A DNA stretch of 63,949 bases, filler included, from Platydemus manokwari (taxonomy: Eukaryota), in NCBI GenBank assembly GCA_037951405.1. It is 6 parts of 6 records of this genome, joined end to end, with 100 filler letters (N's around TTAATTAATTAA, not from the genome) between each part and the next. Parts side by side here need not be neighbours in the genome. Positions count along the whole stretch, not along the records: positions 30,665 to 42,570 come from JBBMOY010400000.1; positions 42,671 to 55,113 come from JBBMOY010076678.1; 4 more parts are not named here. One strand, given 5' to 3'. Positions 39,433 through 51,886 of the stretch are shown one piece after another (the first letter of the stretch is position 1; every line of letters begins with the position of its first letter). Both the position numbers and the translations under genes were made by a program. The notes beneath the pieces were generated by a model. The model saw only the letters and a program-made list of their open reading frames with translations. It had not been told where the DNA came from and searched no databases.

Positions 39433-42400
39433 CTTTTCGATTTTTCCAAGAATTTGATCGAGGATAATTTACAGCTTTAATAACTGTAGTTAATGAATAT
39501 TTTCCCCCTAAATGGTGCTTTTCAATAAGACATTAAATTGTAAACAGATCTGATAAACATTTTTGTACACAAAAATCCCCGTGTGTGCTATAATTATAAT
39601 TATAGAAAATTATATTATGTGAAGAGATATTTTTTCTGTCAAAGTAATTTTTGGATCACCTCTAAGATTGGTCCTTCAGTTGAATCTGTTTTGGATTCTT
39701 TAGTAAATTATTTAATTAATTTATCTTCTCTTTTGAATCTCACACGTGAGAGTAGTATTTGTTAGAGAAAATTCTTGATTTTCAGTTCTGTTTCAGATAT
39801 TTGGTGAGAACCAGTGAAATTATTATTTAAATGAATATCGTTAATTATTTGAAAACCATTTTGATTTATCATAATTAGTTTCCACTCATGTTATGAGGTA
39901 TCCCATTTCGATCAATTAAGTTTGAAATATCCTATGATGAAATTTACTAATTCCTGATTTCTGAATTAAATTGTGTTATTATATGTTTTATGGTTGATCG
40001 TCCGTTATAATTATTTTACAGAATGTTAAAATTATGAGCCGGTTTGTTCTTCATATTTTTCTGAAGCGTTTTCAAATGAATTTTTCACTTTGATTATCTC
40101 TGACTATCATTATTAATGATTTTGTTGGACTTTTATGATCTGAAAGCAATTCAGTAAAACTTTTAAGTGAGATACTAGATGAAATCTTCGCGATTGTTTA
40201 TCTGACACTTCTGAAAGTCCTTGTAATTAACTGACCCCAGGTAATAATATCAGAGTATTTTCAGATAGACATCATCTATATTATAATGTCCATTTACAAA
40301 ATCATCTATAAGTCGCATTTCTCGGAATATTGGCTTTACTTCCGCAAAAAAATGAAAATGTGTTGATCATGTAGCTTGAAAAATTCGTAATGTTAAATCT
40401 GAGTAGTTCTTAAGGGTTTTGAAAACCAAGCAATCATAGTCGTGAGTTTGGTGTAAAAAAAATTTCGATTCTTGATTCTTCCATGTGTGTCAGTTTGTTG
40501 TGCTTAAATAAATAAATGTGGATAAAAATGGCCGAAAAATAACAGCTTGGAAAGCTATTAAGTTATTTTCGACTTCTTTATTACCCCACCTGTATGAGTA
40601 TTGAAAACTTTTTTTTATATCTCTGAATTATTTTTGAAAAATTATCGAAATACGATAAATAAATCGATAAACAAAAACCTTTCAATGTTAAATAGAGACA
40701 TAACGGAATGGAACTTCAGGACAAGTTATTTTTTTAACATACAACATGGAATCAAATTCTTAATTCAGTTAATTAAAATGACAAGAACTGTGATTTCCAT
40801 CAAATGGGGGAATTATATATTTCATTTGAACGAGTAGTGTCCACGTTCAAATATCTAGAACTTTCTTAACAAATATTCTTCAAGAAATGTCATCATTTAT
40901 GTTTCTTACTAACCAAAGAAATCCTTAGCTTGTACACATTCACAACATTTTAATAAAATTTCAAAATAATAAACAAAATTAGGATTGAAATATGATTTGA
41001 AATTTTCTCGACTTGTTTTATCGCGACTGTTAATTTTATCACTGGTCAGAAATGGAATTTTTATTAATAACTTGTTGTGTTGAATGACAGAGTGTTGTTT
41101 GTGTATTGTTCCGCTATTAAGATTGAATTGAATGAATCCGAAATGTTGAATAGAAAATATTCAAAGCTGGTCGTTCTTAAGTAATGTTTCAGATATTATC
41201 TAAACTCATGACATGGCATAAGTTACTCATAATAGAGGGCTTACTCACTCATATCATTCTAAACACATCAAACTATAATTCAATCTTGGATAACTAGCTA
41301 CAGTAAACAAGTGTAATCACGGTTTAATTTATGCGGTCTAATACAAAATATTTTTTATTCGAATCTCAAATATTGATGAGGTCTAAAATTTTGCAATACA
41401 TAGCAAAGCATCAGTTGTGTTCTTCTATACTTCCAATAAGATTATTAAATATAATACCTTAGATCATACAATTTATTAGCAAGATCCGTTCTCGAAAAGA
41501 AATAGGCTATTACAAATATATGGTTTTGGACAAGACTTCAAATCTTTCAACCGGATTCAATATCACTATTGATAATCTCACCTAATAGTAAATCATCGAG
41601 ATTCAGTGTTCCGAGTATATTATTTCATATTTAATTTCCATCAAAACCATATTTCGTCATATCGTGTTTGAAACAAGTCTTTGAATATCGGAATATTTTT
41701 ACGATTATACAATTCATCGTTCCACATTCTCCCTGAACAAAAACGTCTTTTCTACAAAATAATGACATTGATCAGAAAATTTTCTCAGTATAATTCTCTG
41801 CATTCCGTAAATTCCTTTGAGAATGAAATATTTAATTTATTTAGTTGCTTGGGGCTTTATTATTATTGGAAAGAGTTAAAAGCTGGTTGTGAATTTTTTC
41901 TTCCTTTAACCTTTTACAATATTGAGTATAAATTGCATTTGTTCTACTATGGGCTCTGAATCTGCTTCGAGGCTATATTATTGAATAAATCTATAATTAG
42001 CTATCTGTATTGAGTTAGTAGTACAGTCAATAGTTGTTGATTATCGTTGTTTTCTTATATTATTCTCTTTTCTCATGAAAGTCAATAAAATCTTAATTAA
42101 TGAATTATCTCAAATTAATGATAATGAAAATTAGCGATTTATAGATTAGAATTTTAATCAATATAAATTTAAGGAATTGTGAGATACACAATAAACTTCA
42201 GAGAAATCAATACTGTACTGGATTCCTCTACTCTTTCTCCTGGTACAAGAAAGACTAAGATAGTTCGACTTTACATGAAGTGTGGGGTTAAACGCCTTAT
42301 TTGGAATATCATACAATAAAATAAAAATTATAGAATAGTCCAACCTAGTCAGAGTTCTAAAATAAACATGGAATATTTGCTTGCGTTGTAATATTAAGTT

Positions 42401-42456
42401 TTATTCGGTAAGCACTTTAAGAAGCTTTACACCTATACAAGCGCCTGTAGTAAGTA

Positions 42457-42570
42457 TTGGGTCTATAACTTAATAACCGGAATTTGACACCAAATGTAAA
42501 CACTTGTGTGTGTGCTGTAGCAAATCATTAACATACACGTCATTTTGAAGCTCTATTCATAAGCTATCAA
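42457..42570 (+). mobile_element. Mariner/Tc1-like terminal sequence, truncated by a contig end
   Basis: Near-identical to 9209-9278 and preceded by TA. Confidence 0.7.
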
Positions 42571-42670
42571 NNNNNNNNNNNNNNNNNNNNNNNNNNNNNN
42601 NNNNNNNNNNNNNNTTAATTAATTAANNNNNNNNNNNNNNNNNNNNNNNNNNNNNNNNNNNNNNNNNNNN
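42571..42670. other. Artificial assembly spacer
   Basis: N44-TTAATTAATTAA-N44. Confidence 0.97.
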
Positions 42671-43076
42671 CTTACTCATTTTTTTATAAAAAATTTTGAA
42701 TATACTTTTTCTAAATTTTGAATTTATTCATTTAACATTCATTTAATATTCATTGTGTTCCATGAATTTTTGTTTTGAATTTTCAATTTTATCCAAAAAT
42801 AAAATTTTTATAATGAATGTAATAAATTAAATCTCTGAAAAGAAAAACAAATTTTACTATATAAGTGAATTTAAATATTATAAAATATATTTATGATAAA
42901 ACAGTTAATGTTTGAAATAAAACCTGATCTTAATACTGAAATAAATTTTACAAAAGTCAATATTAAAGAATCTAATAATCATAGAAATTAATCATTGATG
43001 AAATATGATGATAAAGTCAAGTTTTATAAAGCCAAGTTAATTAATACAAAACTTTATTTACAAATAAATGATATTT

Positions 43077-43874
43077 TTATTCCAACCATTCGTCATATAG
43101 AAGATCATCAAAATCCATTCTTTCATTAGGATTTTCTTTCATACAATTTGATATAAATAATGCAGCACAATTAGAAGCTATTTTCGTTTGTTGTGGACAA
43201 CACTGTTTAGTATCATATTCTGAATTGAAAGGTGTTTTCATTTCTAAACAACTATACACCAAACATCCCGTACTAAATACAAGACTTGGTTTTAATTTGT
43301 ATCCTCTTGTAAACGATTCAGGACTTTTATAACCAATTGTTCCAGAAGTTGACAATGATGATGGATCTTCTTCTCTACTGTACATCATGTGTTCGAAATC
43401 GATTAAATTAATTTCCAATGTCTTTTTATTAACCATGATATTTTCTGGTTTTATATCTCGATAATAATAACCATCTATGGACATCTCATTCATAATGAAT
43501 ATAAAATTTCTAATAATAGTTTTTGTACAATTTTCATCATGGAACTGTGCAATGTAATCAGATAAATCCATCCAATCACCATCGAGAAATTCGATAACAA
43601 TTGTTGACCAATTTTCTCCATCGTGATAATTCAACAATTTTGGTATATACCAAGCATGATTTAGAATTCTGTAAAACATTAATTCTATCGGGACTAATTG
43701 ATTTGTTCGTGGATCTTTTCTAAACGTCGACTGACTGAAATCCTTAGAAAATGATTTCAAAATCACTCTTTTGTTATTTTTATCAAAAGCTTCACAAACG
43801 ATACTCCTTTGAGAAGAATTGATAATTTTAAAATTGAAATAATCGTTTTTATTTATGCTATCAACAATTTCCAT
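43077..43874 (-). CDS. Intronless Ser/Thr protein kinase, divergent PIM/PASK-like (CAMK group), about 265 aa
   Basis: VILK, VPIEL, PKLLNY, MDLSDYI, YRDIKPENI, LIDFE, GTIGYKSPE, PF, NPNER...WL. Likely ATG at 43874; on the minus strand TATAAA at 43947-43942 and AATAAA at 43058-43053. Confidence 0.9.
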   Translation of the reverse strand: MEIVDSINKNDYFNFKIINSSQRSIVCEAFDKNNKRVILKSFSKDFSQSTFRKDPRTNQLVPIELMFYRILNHAWYIPKLLNYHDGENWSTIVIEFLDGDWMDLSDYIAQFHDENCTKTIIRNFIFIMNEMSIDGYYYRDIKPENIMVNKKTLEINLIDFEHMMYSREEDPSSLSTSGTIGYKSPESFTRGYKLKPSLVFSTGCLVYSCLEMKTPFNSEYDTKQCCPQQTKIASNCAALFISNCMKENPNERMDFDDLLYDEWLE

Positions 43875-44649
43875 TTTGATTCTCACTTGAAATATATTTA
43901 TTTTATTTTGATAATTAAGCTAATATTAAATTTTAAAATGATTTATATTGAATTCTATTGGACTAAAATTAAATAAAATAATAAAATCTATTTATTGTAA
44001 TATTTTGTGATAAACAAATATCACACAGATTTATTATATGATCCTCTTCATTAAAATAATTTTGGGTGGGTTGCCTTTTGTTGCGGTTGTTGTCGGTTAT
44101 TTATTTGTATTGGCTTTATTTTACTTGACTTGTTCTTAAGGAACTTCAATAACGAGTATTGAGGACTGGGCTAATGAAATTATTTACTGAATGAATCTAA
44201 AGGTTTCTTATAAAGCTCATATTTTATTATTGCTTTTTGATGTTCTATTTCAAAGTTAATTGAAGGTAAATTTTCAAAATTATTAAATTGTGAAAATAAT
44301 GAAAACGTTGAGCGAACTCTTTGTTTTTCTCTAAATTGAAATGAAAATTATAAATTTTAATCATATATTGCGACAATGTTATTTTACGTTCTGCTATACT
44401 ATGTCAATCAAGAAAGAAGTTGTTCAACGTAAATTGTATTTATGAAGTTAAAATAAAACAATGGTTGGAAAATAACACAAAAATAAGGTTCAGTATCCAG
44501 TGGGTCACAGAAGTGAGTGACTGGTAGTCCGAAGTGGGCGGAGAAGACGGTTCGGAATAATTAATGAAAATCTGTCTCTAAATTTGAAGGCAATTAATAT
44601 ATTTCCCTGTGTATTAATCCATGCACTAACACAAATTACACTGCGCAAA

Positions 44650-44870
44650 ATATCAACCAAACTTGACTTTCAACTGACAGTTGGCCATCTTTACATCGAT
44701 TTTTATGTTCAAAATTTGTATGCAATTTTTGTGTCATGTTGTATCATATTTTGAATCGATATTTGTTTTCCTATGTTCCTATTGGGTTTTTCCATTTAAG
44801 TCTTCTGTGATTAGTTGTTTGCTATGGCTGTTTGGTTGTGTTGGCATGCAATGCTTAAAGTGCTAAAATA
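44650..44870 (-). mobile_element. Gypsy integrase 3' remnant, dispersed family copy 2
   Basis: Similar to 8590-8960 and 61960-62340. Confidence 0.5.
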
Positions 44871-45366
44871 TTTGATACTAATTCAGTAATTGAAAATCTT
44901 TATTTTAATACTCAACGAAATCGAAATCTGAAGCAGATACGATCTATTTTTGGTAATCTCAGATAAAAATGATCATCAGTTTTTTAAATTGTTAATTAAA
45001 TTTAAATGTTTAGAACACTCTCTAGAATACTCTCTTTTAAATTTATCTACTTATGTAATAAATTTTTTTTAATTCTTTGATCAATAAGAGAACTTTGACA
45101 TGTGCTCGACCAAACCGAGTTCTTTAATATGACTTTATCTTGGAAGATCTTTAATGAAGACATGACAATATAATTAAAATTCTAGTTTAATAATATAAAA
45201 TATGATTTTATTAAGAATTCCTCATGATTTTTGAATTCTTTAAAATAAACTTCATCAAAATAAGTAAATAAAATTAAGAATAAATTAAAATGGTCAATTC
45301 TTGAAGTATTTTGTATTTAAAAATTCAATAAACTAATCATTAATATATTAAGATTTATTTTTATTG

Positions 45367-45948
45367 ATGACTGTTTTGAGTGATGATGAATCCGATTGCA
45401 ATTTCCTATGCTCATATCATTCGTCTTTATCAATTTCTGAAGCACTGATTCGTTTATCAATGTCTAATAATACCAAAAAGGAAAAGATCAAATCATTGGA
45501 AGGATGGCTGCCATCGAATATCAATTATAAATCACCAAAAACCGTGATTGTCAATAGAAGAAGAAGAAAATCAAAGAAAAAAACTCATTCAAATATAAAG
45601 AACAATGTTGGATCGAAATTTCCTTTCGAATTCGAAAACGAATCAGACGAAATATATTTGGAAAGTTATCGAAAATTCAAAGCAATGAAAAATAACAATG
45701 GGAAATTTCGACAGAATATTTGTCATAAAATCAATCTTAATACTGAAGTGATGTGTGACGATTCTAATCCAGAAAATCATTCCAAACAAAAAACAATTTC
45801 TCGTAAAGATATGTCAGCGAATCATTTTTCAAATGGGAAAAAAATTCATTTAAATCGAAAATCTCGAAATATAATTTCGAGGAAAAAAATGACATCACCA
45901 ATTTATTTACTTACCGCAAAATCGTGTTTTCGAAAACAATTAAAATAA
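45367..45948 (+). CDS. Hypothetical basic protein of 193 aa with an NLS-like RRRRKSKKK
   Basis: 582-nt ATG-initiated open frame in very AT-rich DNA; no recognisable domain. Confidence 0.5.
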   Translation: MTVLSDDESDCNFLCSYHSSLSISEALIRLSMSNNTKKEKIKSLEGWLPSNINYKSPKTVIVNRRRRKSKKKTHSNIKNNVGSKFPFEFENESDEIYLESYRKFKAMKNNNGKFRQNICHKINLNTEVMCDDSNPENHSKQKTISRKDMSANHFSNGKKIHLNRKSRNIISRKKMTSPIYLLTAKSCFRKQLK

Positions 45949-46339
45949 ATTTTCAAACCGGAAACGATTTAGATTGGAATCTGAAGTTTGATTAAAATAT
46001 TTAATACATGAAATATTTGATAAATTGGTTAAAATTTGCTTCTATAGCGAATAAATATTGAATAATTATTTCCTAAACAAGATATTATTCCATATAATAA
46101 TAGGTATTAATAAATATTTATAAACAATAATTAATTGTAAGTTATAGATTATAATTAATTATAAGTGAATTCGAAATATATTTAATTATTTTGTTTTTCA
46201 ATATCAACTCTAATTTGTTTTTTAAAACTTATGAATTCTGACCGAATTTTTATATCGAAAATATGATGCGCGATTATTCTTCATTAGTATTTTTATCGTC
46301 TAAGAATTATATAAATCTATTCAGAACTCATTAATATTT

Positions 46340-46830
46340 TAATATTTATTTAGTACAACAAATTTTATGATTTTACTTTTACCGAGTTCATTCGATAAAT
46401 AGTTTTTGTAACCACTACTGAAATACCTCAATTGCTCAATGTTTGAGGTTATTAAGAATATTGCTAAGCGTGATTCTTGCGAATTATATCTTGAAAAAAT
46501 ATATGCCATGTTTGTTAACAGGAAGATTTTCAAAGAAATCCTAGCTAAACTATAATAACCGTTCCTAGTTTATAGGTATTTCATATTCATAGACCTAGTC
46601 TCAATCTTGTAATACGGTTTTGTTCCAATAAAACGAAAGAGTCCTATAAATAATTTCTGTCCAAAAATTTTACTATCGCTTACCGTTTTATAGGCGTATA
46701 AGTAGTTAGAATTGCAATCTGTTATACCAATAATTTTTATTTAAACTAAGTTTTAGTGTTGTTATTGCAGCCAAGTGAGCTTAAGGATTAATTTCACTTA
46801 AATCATCCAGCATTACATTATATAGCCTAT
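46340..46830 (-). mobile_element. Possible highly degenerate piggyBac transposase relic
   Basis: Minus-strand fragments KIIGITDCNSNYLYAY, RNGYYSL and FQDIIRKN occur in the order of the piggyBac motifs GIKIFxLxD..Y, DNYYTS and GTIRKN. Confidence 0.35.
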
Positions 46831-49014
46831 TAGTTTGTAAAGATATTATAGTTAATAAAATTAAATACAGTAGCCAATGCCACTTCCCTAGTCTTCAAAT
46901 TAGAGTTAAAATGATCGACTCGAAACTAAGTTAAGTAGAACCTGAGGATCATCAAAACCACGAAGACTGATAAGACTCAGACATGACCCAAGAGAATGAA
47001 TGATGAAATATACAACTGTAAATTAACAAAACAAATCAGACACCGAAACACATCAAAATAATTTATAAAAAGTGTAAACCGGATATTTAAAAATTAAAGA
47101 AAACTCAAATTATATATATTTTAAATGGATATCTATTAAAACACACTAATTATGTTTAAACCCGAGCTATCCCAATCCTACTAGACCGGTCTATGTTGTA
47201 ATATTGGATTATGTGTTTTCATTTTTCTTTTTTTCGCTTTCATTACACTAAAACAAGTAATTTAATTGATTACTTAAATAATTAGAGTTACATTTTTAAT
47301 TATCTTTCATTTGTTATTGTTTCCAATATCCATCATGTGAATTTTTATAGCCATCTACTTGAGTAGCGGATCACAAATTTATTAAATTATGAACAATCGA
47401 ATTTAAAATTAATAGACTATAGGAATTCGTATCAAATTTTGAAATATCTGCTTTTTAATATTGTTGTGTGAATAAAATCTGTAAACTAATTGAACTGTTT
47501 GATCATTTTATCTTATATTGATTCAAACATTCTCAAATAACATCTAATTAAATAGTTTAGATAAAATTGATGAAATTATAAGGCGATTTAATTTGGATCA
47601 GGTTAACAATTTATTATCCATGATTTACTAATTATTTAATTCGAGCAGTTTTTGGCTGATAATCGATAATTACATCAAATATCTGACAACTAAAAGATTA
47701 ATAAATTGAGTGTAATTCGAGTTTATCTATAATAAAAATAAGTGGTCAATATAATAAATTTCGGTATAATCCATACTAATCAATGCGTAATGACAATAAA
47801 AACTAAAAGCACATAAGTGTAGTGACCTAAATAATATGAACAGTGGTTGTTGAGAATTATACCTTGATAAGAGAACTAAATGGTATAATTTTAGGCTTGA
47901 GCAAATTCTTGTGGACATTCAGGAGTATTTTTTAATGGAAATTTTAACGAATCTCTTTTTGAAGTGGCACAATTTGAACAAATTTTAATAAAATAAATTT
48001 ACCACGATTCAGTGATTGTATAAAATGGAAAATGTTGAATAGAAGGGTCATTGTAAAATGAATTTGAATGTGCTATAATTGATAAACAATTTTCAAGAAT
48101 ACGTTAATTGTTATCAGACAATTACGAATCGTTAGTTGGCAATAAATTCGGTTGAGTATTTAATGTGTGAAACTGATGTCGTGGATTTGTGATTTTAATG
48201 TCTCATTTTTCAGTAATTTATTAATCATGATGGTTATGATTCACGTTGCCATGATGCAATGAATTTAAGAATGTATGGTTGCATATTAAATTGTCATGGT
48301 AACAGTAATCCAATGAATTGATAATCATGAATAATCTTATAGTTATTTCCATCCACAGTTCATTACACATTACCTAATCTCTTAGGACCTCCACACAACA
48401 ATAAATTTTATTATTCAAATGATTTTAACTCAATTAAAATAATATCTTTACTAATTTAATGAACTAAAATTAAGAAATTATTTCAGTAAATATTCAAATC
48501 ATTAATAACACACATTCGTTTTTATGTTTCGAGCAATATTAAAAATCTTTGGAATTTAATTATAATTTCAGCATCAAGTTCAAAAGTGTGTTGATAGAAT
48601 TTGAAATAAAAAAACATTTTTATAATCGACGCGTCTTTTAAAATATTCACAACAAACTTAAATACAAACACAAATTTCCGTATAATTTTAAATGAAATCA
48701 AATTTCCTCAGCTTTTAATATTATTAAATTATTATTCAAACACACATTGTAAGAACAAATTAATGAATTACATAATAACAGAATTTTGAAAACAGTTGTT
48801 GTGTAGTAATAATTATTTTTCCAAAATATCATGATCAAACAGATACTGTTCAATGTCGGAATACATAATCAAATAAATAATTATGAATCATATTTGAAAA
48901 TATCTAAGTAAAATCAATAAATTAATCAAGAAAAAATCTAATCAAGTCAATGGCAATACAAGTATTAATAAATCATTGGTATCATTGAAATTTGTGATGT
49001 TGAAATATGATTTA

Positions 49015-50038
49015 TCAAGCTAATACTTTTCCATGATTCTTCCATGTATAACTGGGAATCGTTATTATGAATTCATCATCATCATCGCCATCATCTTCTT
49101 CGTCTTCCTCAGTTTGATGAGAAACGGAAGAGTCATCTGGCGAGACAGTTGTATGAGAATTGTCATTAATCTAAAATCGACATTCAACAAATAAATTGTG
49201 AATAATAAATCGTCACATTAGATGATGATATTATTCGACAATTATCCCATTTATTCGATGGTTGTTTGTGATGGATATCTCTATTGTGTACATAACTCTT
49301 AAATGAATGGTTTAATTGATTATCTGGTTTGTTGTTTATGGAATTGCATTGTTGAGGAGAAATTCTAATTATGAATTCATCATCATCATCATCATTGTCG
49401 TTGTCGTCATTTTTGATTTTTCCAGAATTGTAAAGATTAATTTCTGATTGTTTCAGATGAAGATCTGATTTCAAGTATGGCCGCTAGTAATTAAATATTA
49501 TTTTATTAACATTTTATTATGATTAGTGTTGATTATGTTTATATCAAACATTATATGAAAATAAATTACCTTTGTATGCGTGGGTGTCACACGATTTGTT
49601 GTCGTATCATCATATTTACACGTGGTTTTTGTTGGAATGTCTTTAGAAACTTTGGTATGGTTTTTATTTAAACAAGGTGGAGTATGTTTTGTTGATTTAG
49701 ATTTAGACATTATTTCATTGCCATTTTGTTTAGTAGATGGCTGAAATAAAAATTATAAACCACATCAAACTTGGTTTTTGTACCAACATTATTATTTAGA
49801 ACGTGAGAAGGTATTTCGATAATGAAATCATCATCTTCCGTTTTGGAATTTGAAGTCGACTTAAAGATTGAATTTAAATTTGATTGAAAATATGGATAAA
49901 ACTAACTGAAATATTTGTCATGTTTTTCATGGAAATTTCCTTTTTTGTTTTCGATTTATTGGGTTTACCTTTACCTTTTAACAAACCTCTTTCCTTTAGA
50001 AGAAATTTAACAGCAGCAGTATCTCTGGTATAAACCAT
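49015..50038 (-). CDS. Orphan low-complexity protein of about 265 aa with three acidic-FIIxI repeats
   Basis: Exons 50038-49907, 49859-49788, 49740-49570, 49483-49217, 49170-49015. All four introns are GT-AG, 46-86 nt and phase 0, giving one open frame from MVYTRDTAAVKFLLKERGLL. The last exon could splice further downstream. Confidence 0.75.
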
Positions 50039-51149
50039 GTTTGATAGAAGCAACTAAAATATAATCAAAATTTGATTAATTTTATAATTGTTGCATTGAT
50101 TTGATAATAAAATATTTAATTCAACTAAAATTTTAAAAATCTTACAAGAAAACTTAATTTCTAAATCGAAAAACTATTGCATAATTGTGATTTTTAAAAT
50201 AAATTTAAAGTAAACATTTATTTAATTATTAGATTTATATTAATGAATATGAAATTGCTATTTAAGTATAAATTTGAAATTAATTTTTCCAATATTTTTA
50301 AACTGCATAATTTAGAATAAGAAATATACAATTTTCCAATAAATAATAACAATGAGAATGAGCGAGTACTTTTTCTTTTGAATTAAAATTGACTAAAAAG
50401 AAATTCAAGTATTTAAAAATGTCATATTTTATAATCAATCACTGTTTTATTTTTGCACAATATCGTTATTTTTAAAATAGTCTTTGTCAAAATACTTTAT
50501 TCACAGAAATATCCCACCAATGACTTACTTTTTAAAGTAAATATTAAAATCTGGTGTATATTCCATCTATTCATTATACTTTTATTGTGATTTCAATAAG
50601 ATATGCTACATAATTATTCTAAATTTTTCGACACGTTTTAAATTGATTTCTAAAAAAGTTGTTGCTACCAAATCTGTTTTGCATGTTTATGATTTATTTA
50701 ATTATGCGGTATATCTTATTTGTAAACTATGAAGTATTTTGGAATATATAAGAAAAGCACATTTTATGGAAGCACTCAATAAATGATTATATTTTGAAAA
50801 TGTTACAAATGTATTTTTTGTTAATTGTTTACGGCCAAAGTTAAAAAGAGTCGTAAAATAAAATTTAAATTTGTTGAGTGTATTGCAAAAATATATATAG
50901 CTTATTTAATTATATTATTTAAAAACATTTTGAATTTTTTATTTAAGTGCTTAAGAAGAATTTAAATTGTTTAAAATCAAATATTAAATACACTAGAGCT
51001 TAAAAACTTCCTAAAATTTGATTATTAAAAAAATGAAAACGTAGGTCGAAATGCAATTTATTGAAAATTAGCGAGGACCCCTTAATTTAACATTAAAAGC
51101 GAATTGAGAGATATTCTCAATTTTTACATTTATTTTATAAAAATAAGTA

Positions 51150-51886
51150 GTGATATTATTAAACAGATCTGTAATTAAGTAACTCGATTTATAATTATAA
51201 ATATTTAAATTTAAAAACTCAAATAATTATATAAAGGTGTTCTAATTAGAATGGGAACTTGGTTTTAAAACTATGTTTTGTCACTATTAGACATCTTATA
51301 AAATGAGATATTAACTGAATTATACGAATAAATGAAAAAATTTAATTAAATATAAAATTAAGCTACAAAATCATCTCATGCGCGAAAAATCATTACAACG
51401 AAAGTAGGTCATAGGGCTCTTTTTCTTAACTTAAGCCCACTAGCGCTTCAAAATCTCCTAAAAATAATTATTCGAAAAAGAGATCAAAGTAGATCGAATT
51501 GCAACAATATTAAAAATTAACGAGATCTCATTTTTAAACATTATAATCAAATTTTCGAGATATCATTTTTTATAATTTTTTAATAAAAATAAACAATAAT
51601 ATTATTTAACATGTCTGTTGTTAACTAACTCGATTCATAGTTATAAATATTTAAATTTAAGAACTCGAATAATCAAATTGACGTGTTATGATTAGAATTG
51701 GAACTATGTTTTAAAACTATGTTTTGTCCCTATTGGACATTCTAAAAACAGATATATTAACTGAATTATACGAATAAATCCAACAGCGTAATGATACATA
51801 AAATTAAGTTATGAAATTATCCAGTGTGAGAAAATTCATTATAACGAAAGTAGGTCAAAGGACCTTTTTTCTTAACTTAAGCCCAT
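51150..51886. repeat. Tandem pair of a diverged repeat (core about 260 bp, period about 447 bp); inverted copies at 63635-63845
   Basis: 51180-51439 aligns with 51627-51886 (AACTCGATT...TTTTAAAACTATGTTTTGTC...ATATTAACTGAATTATACGAATAAAT...ACGAAAGTAGGTCA...TTCTTAACTTAAGCCCA). Confidence 0.85.
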
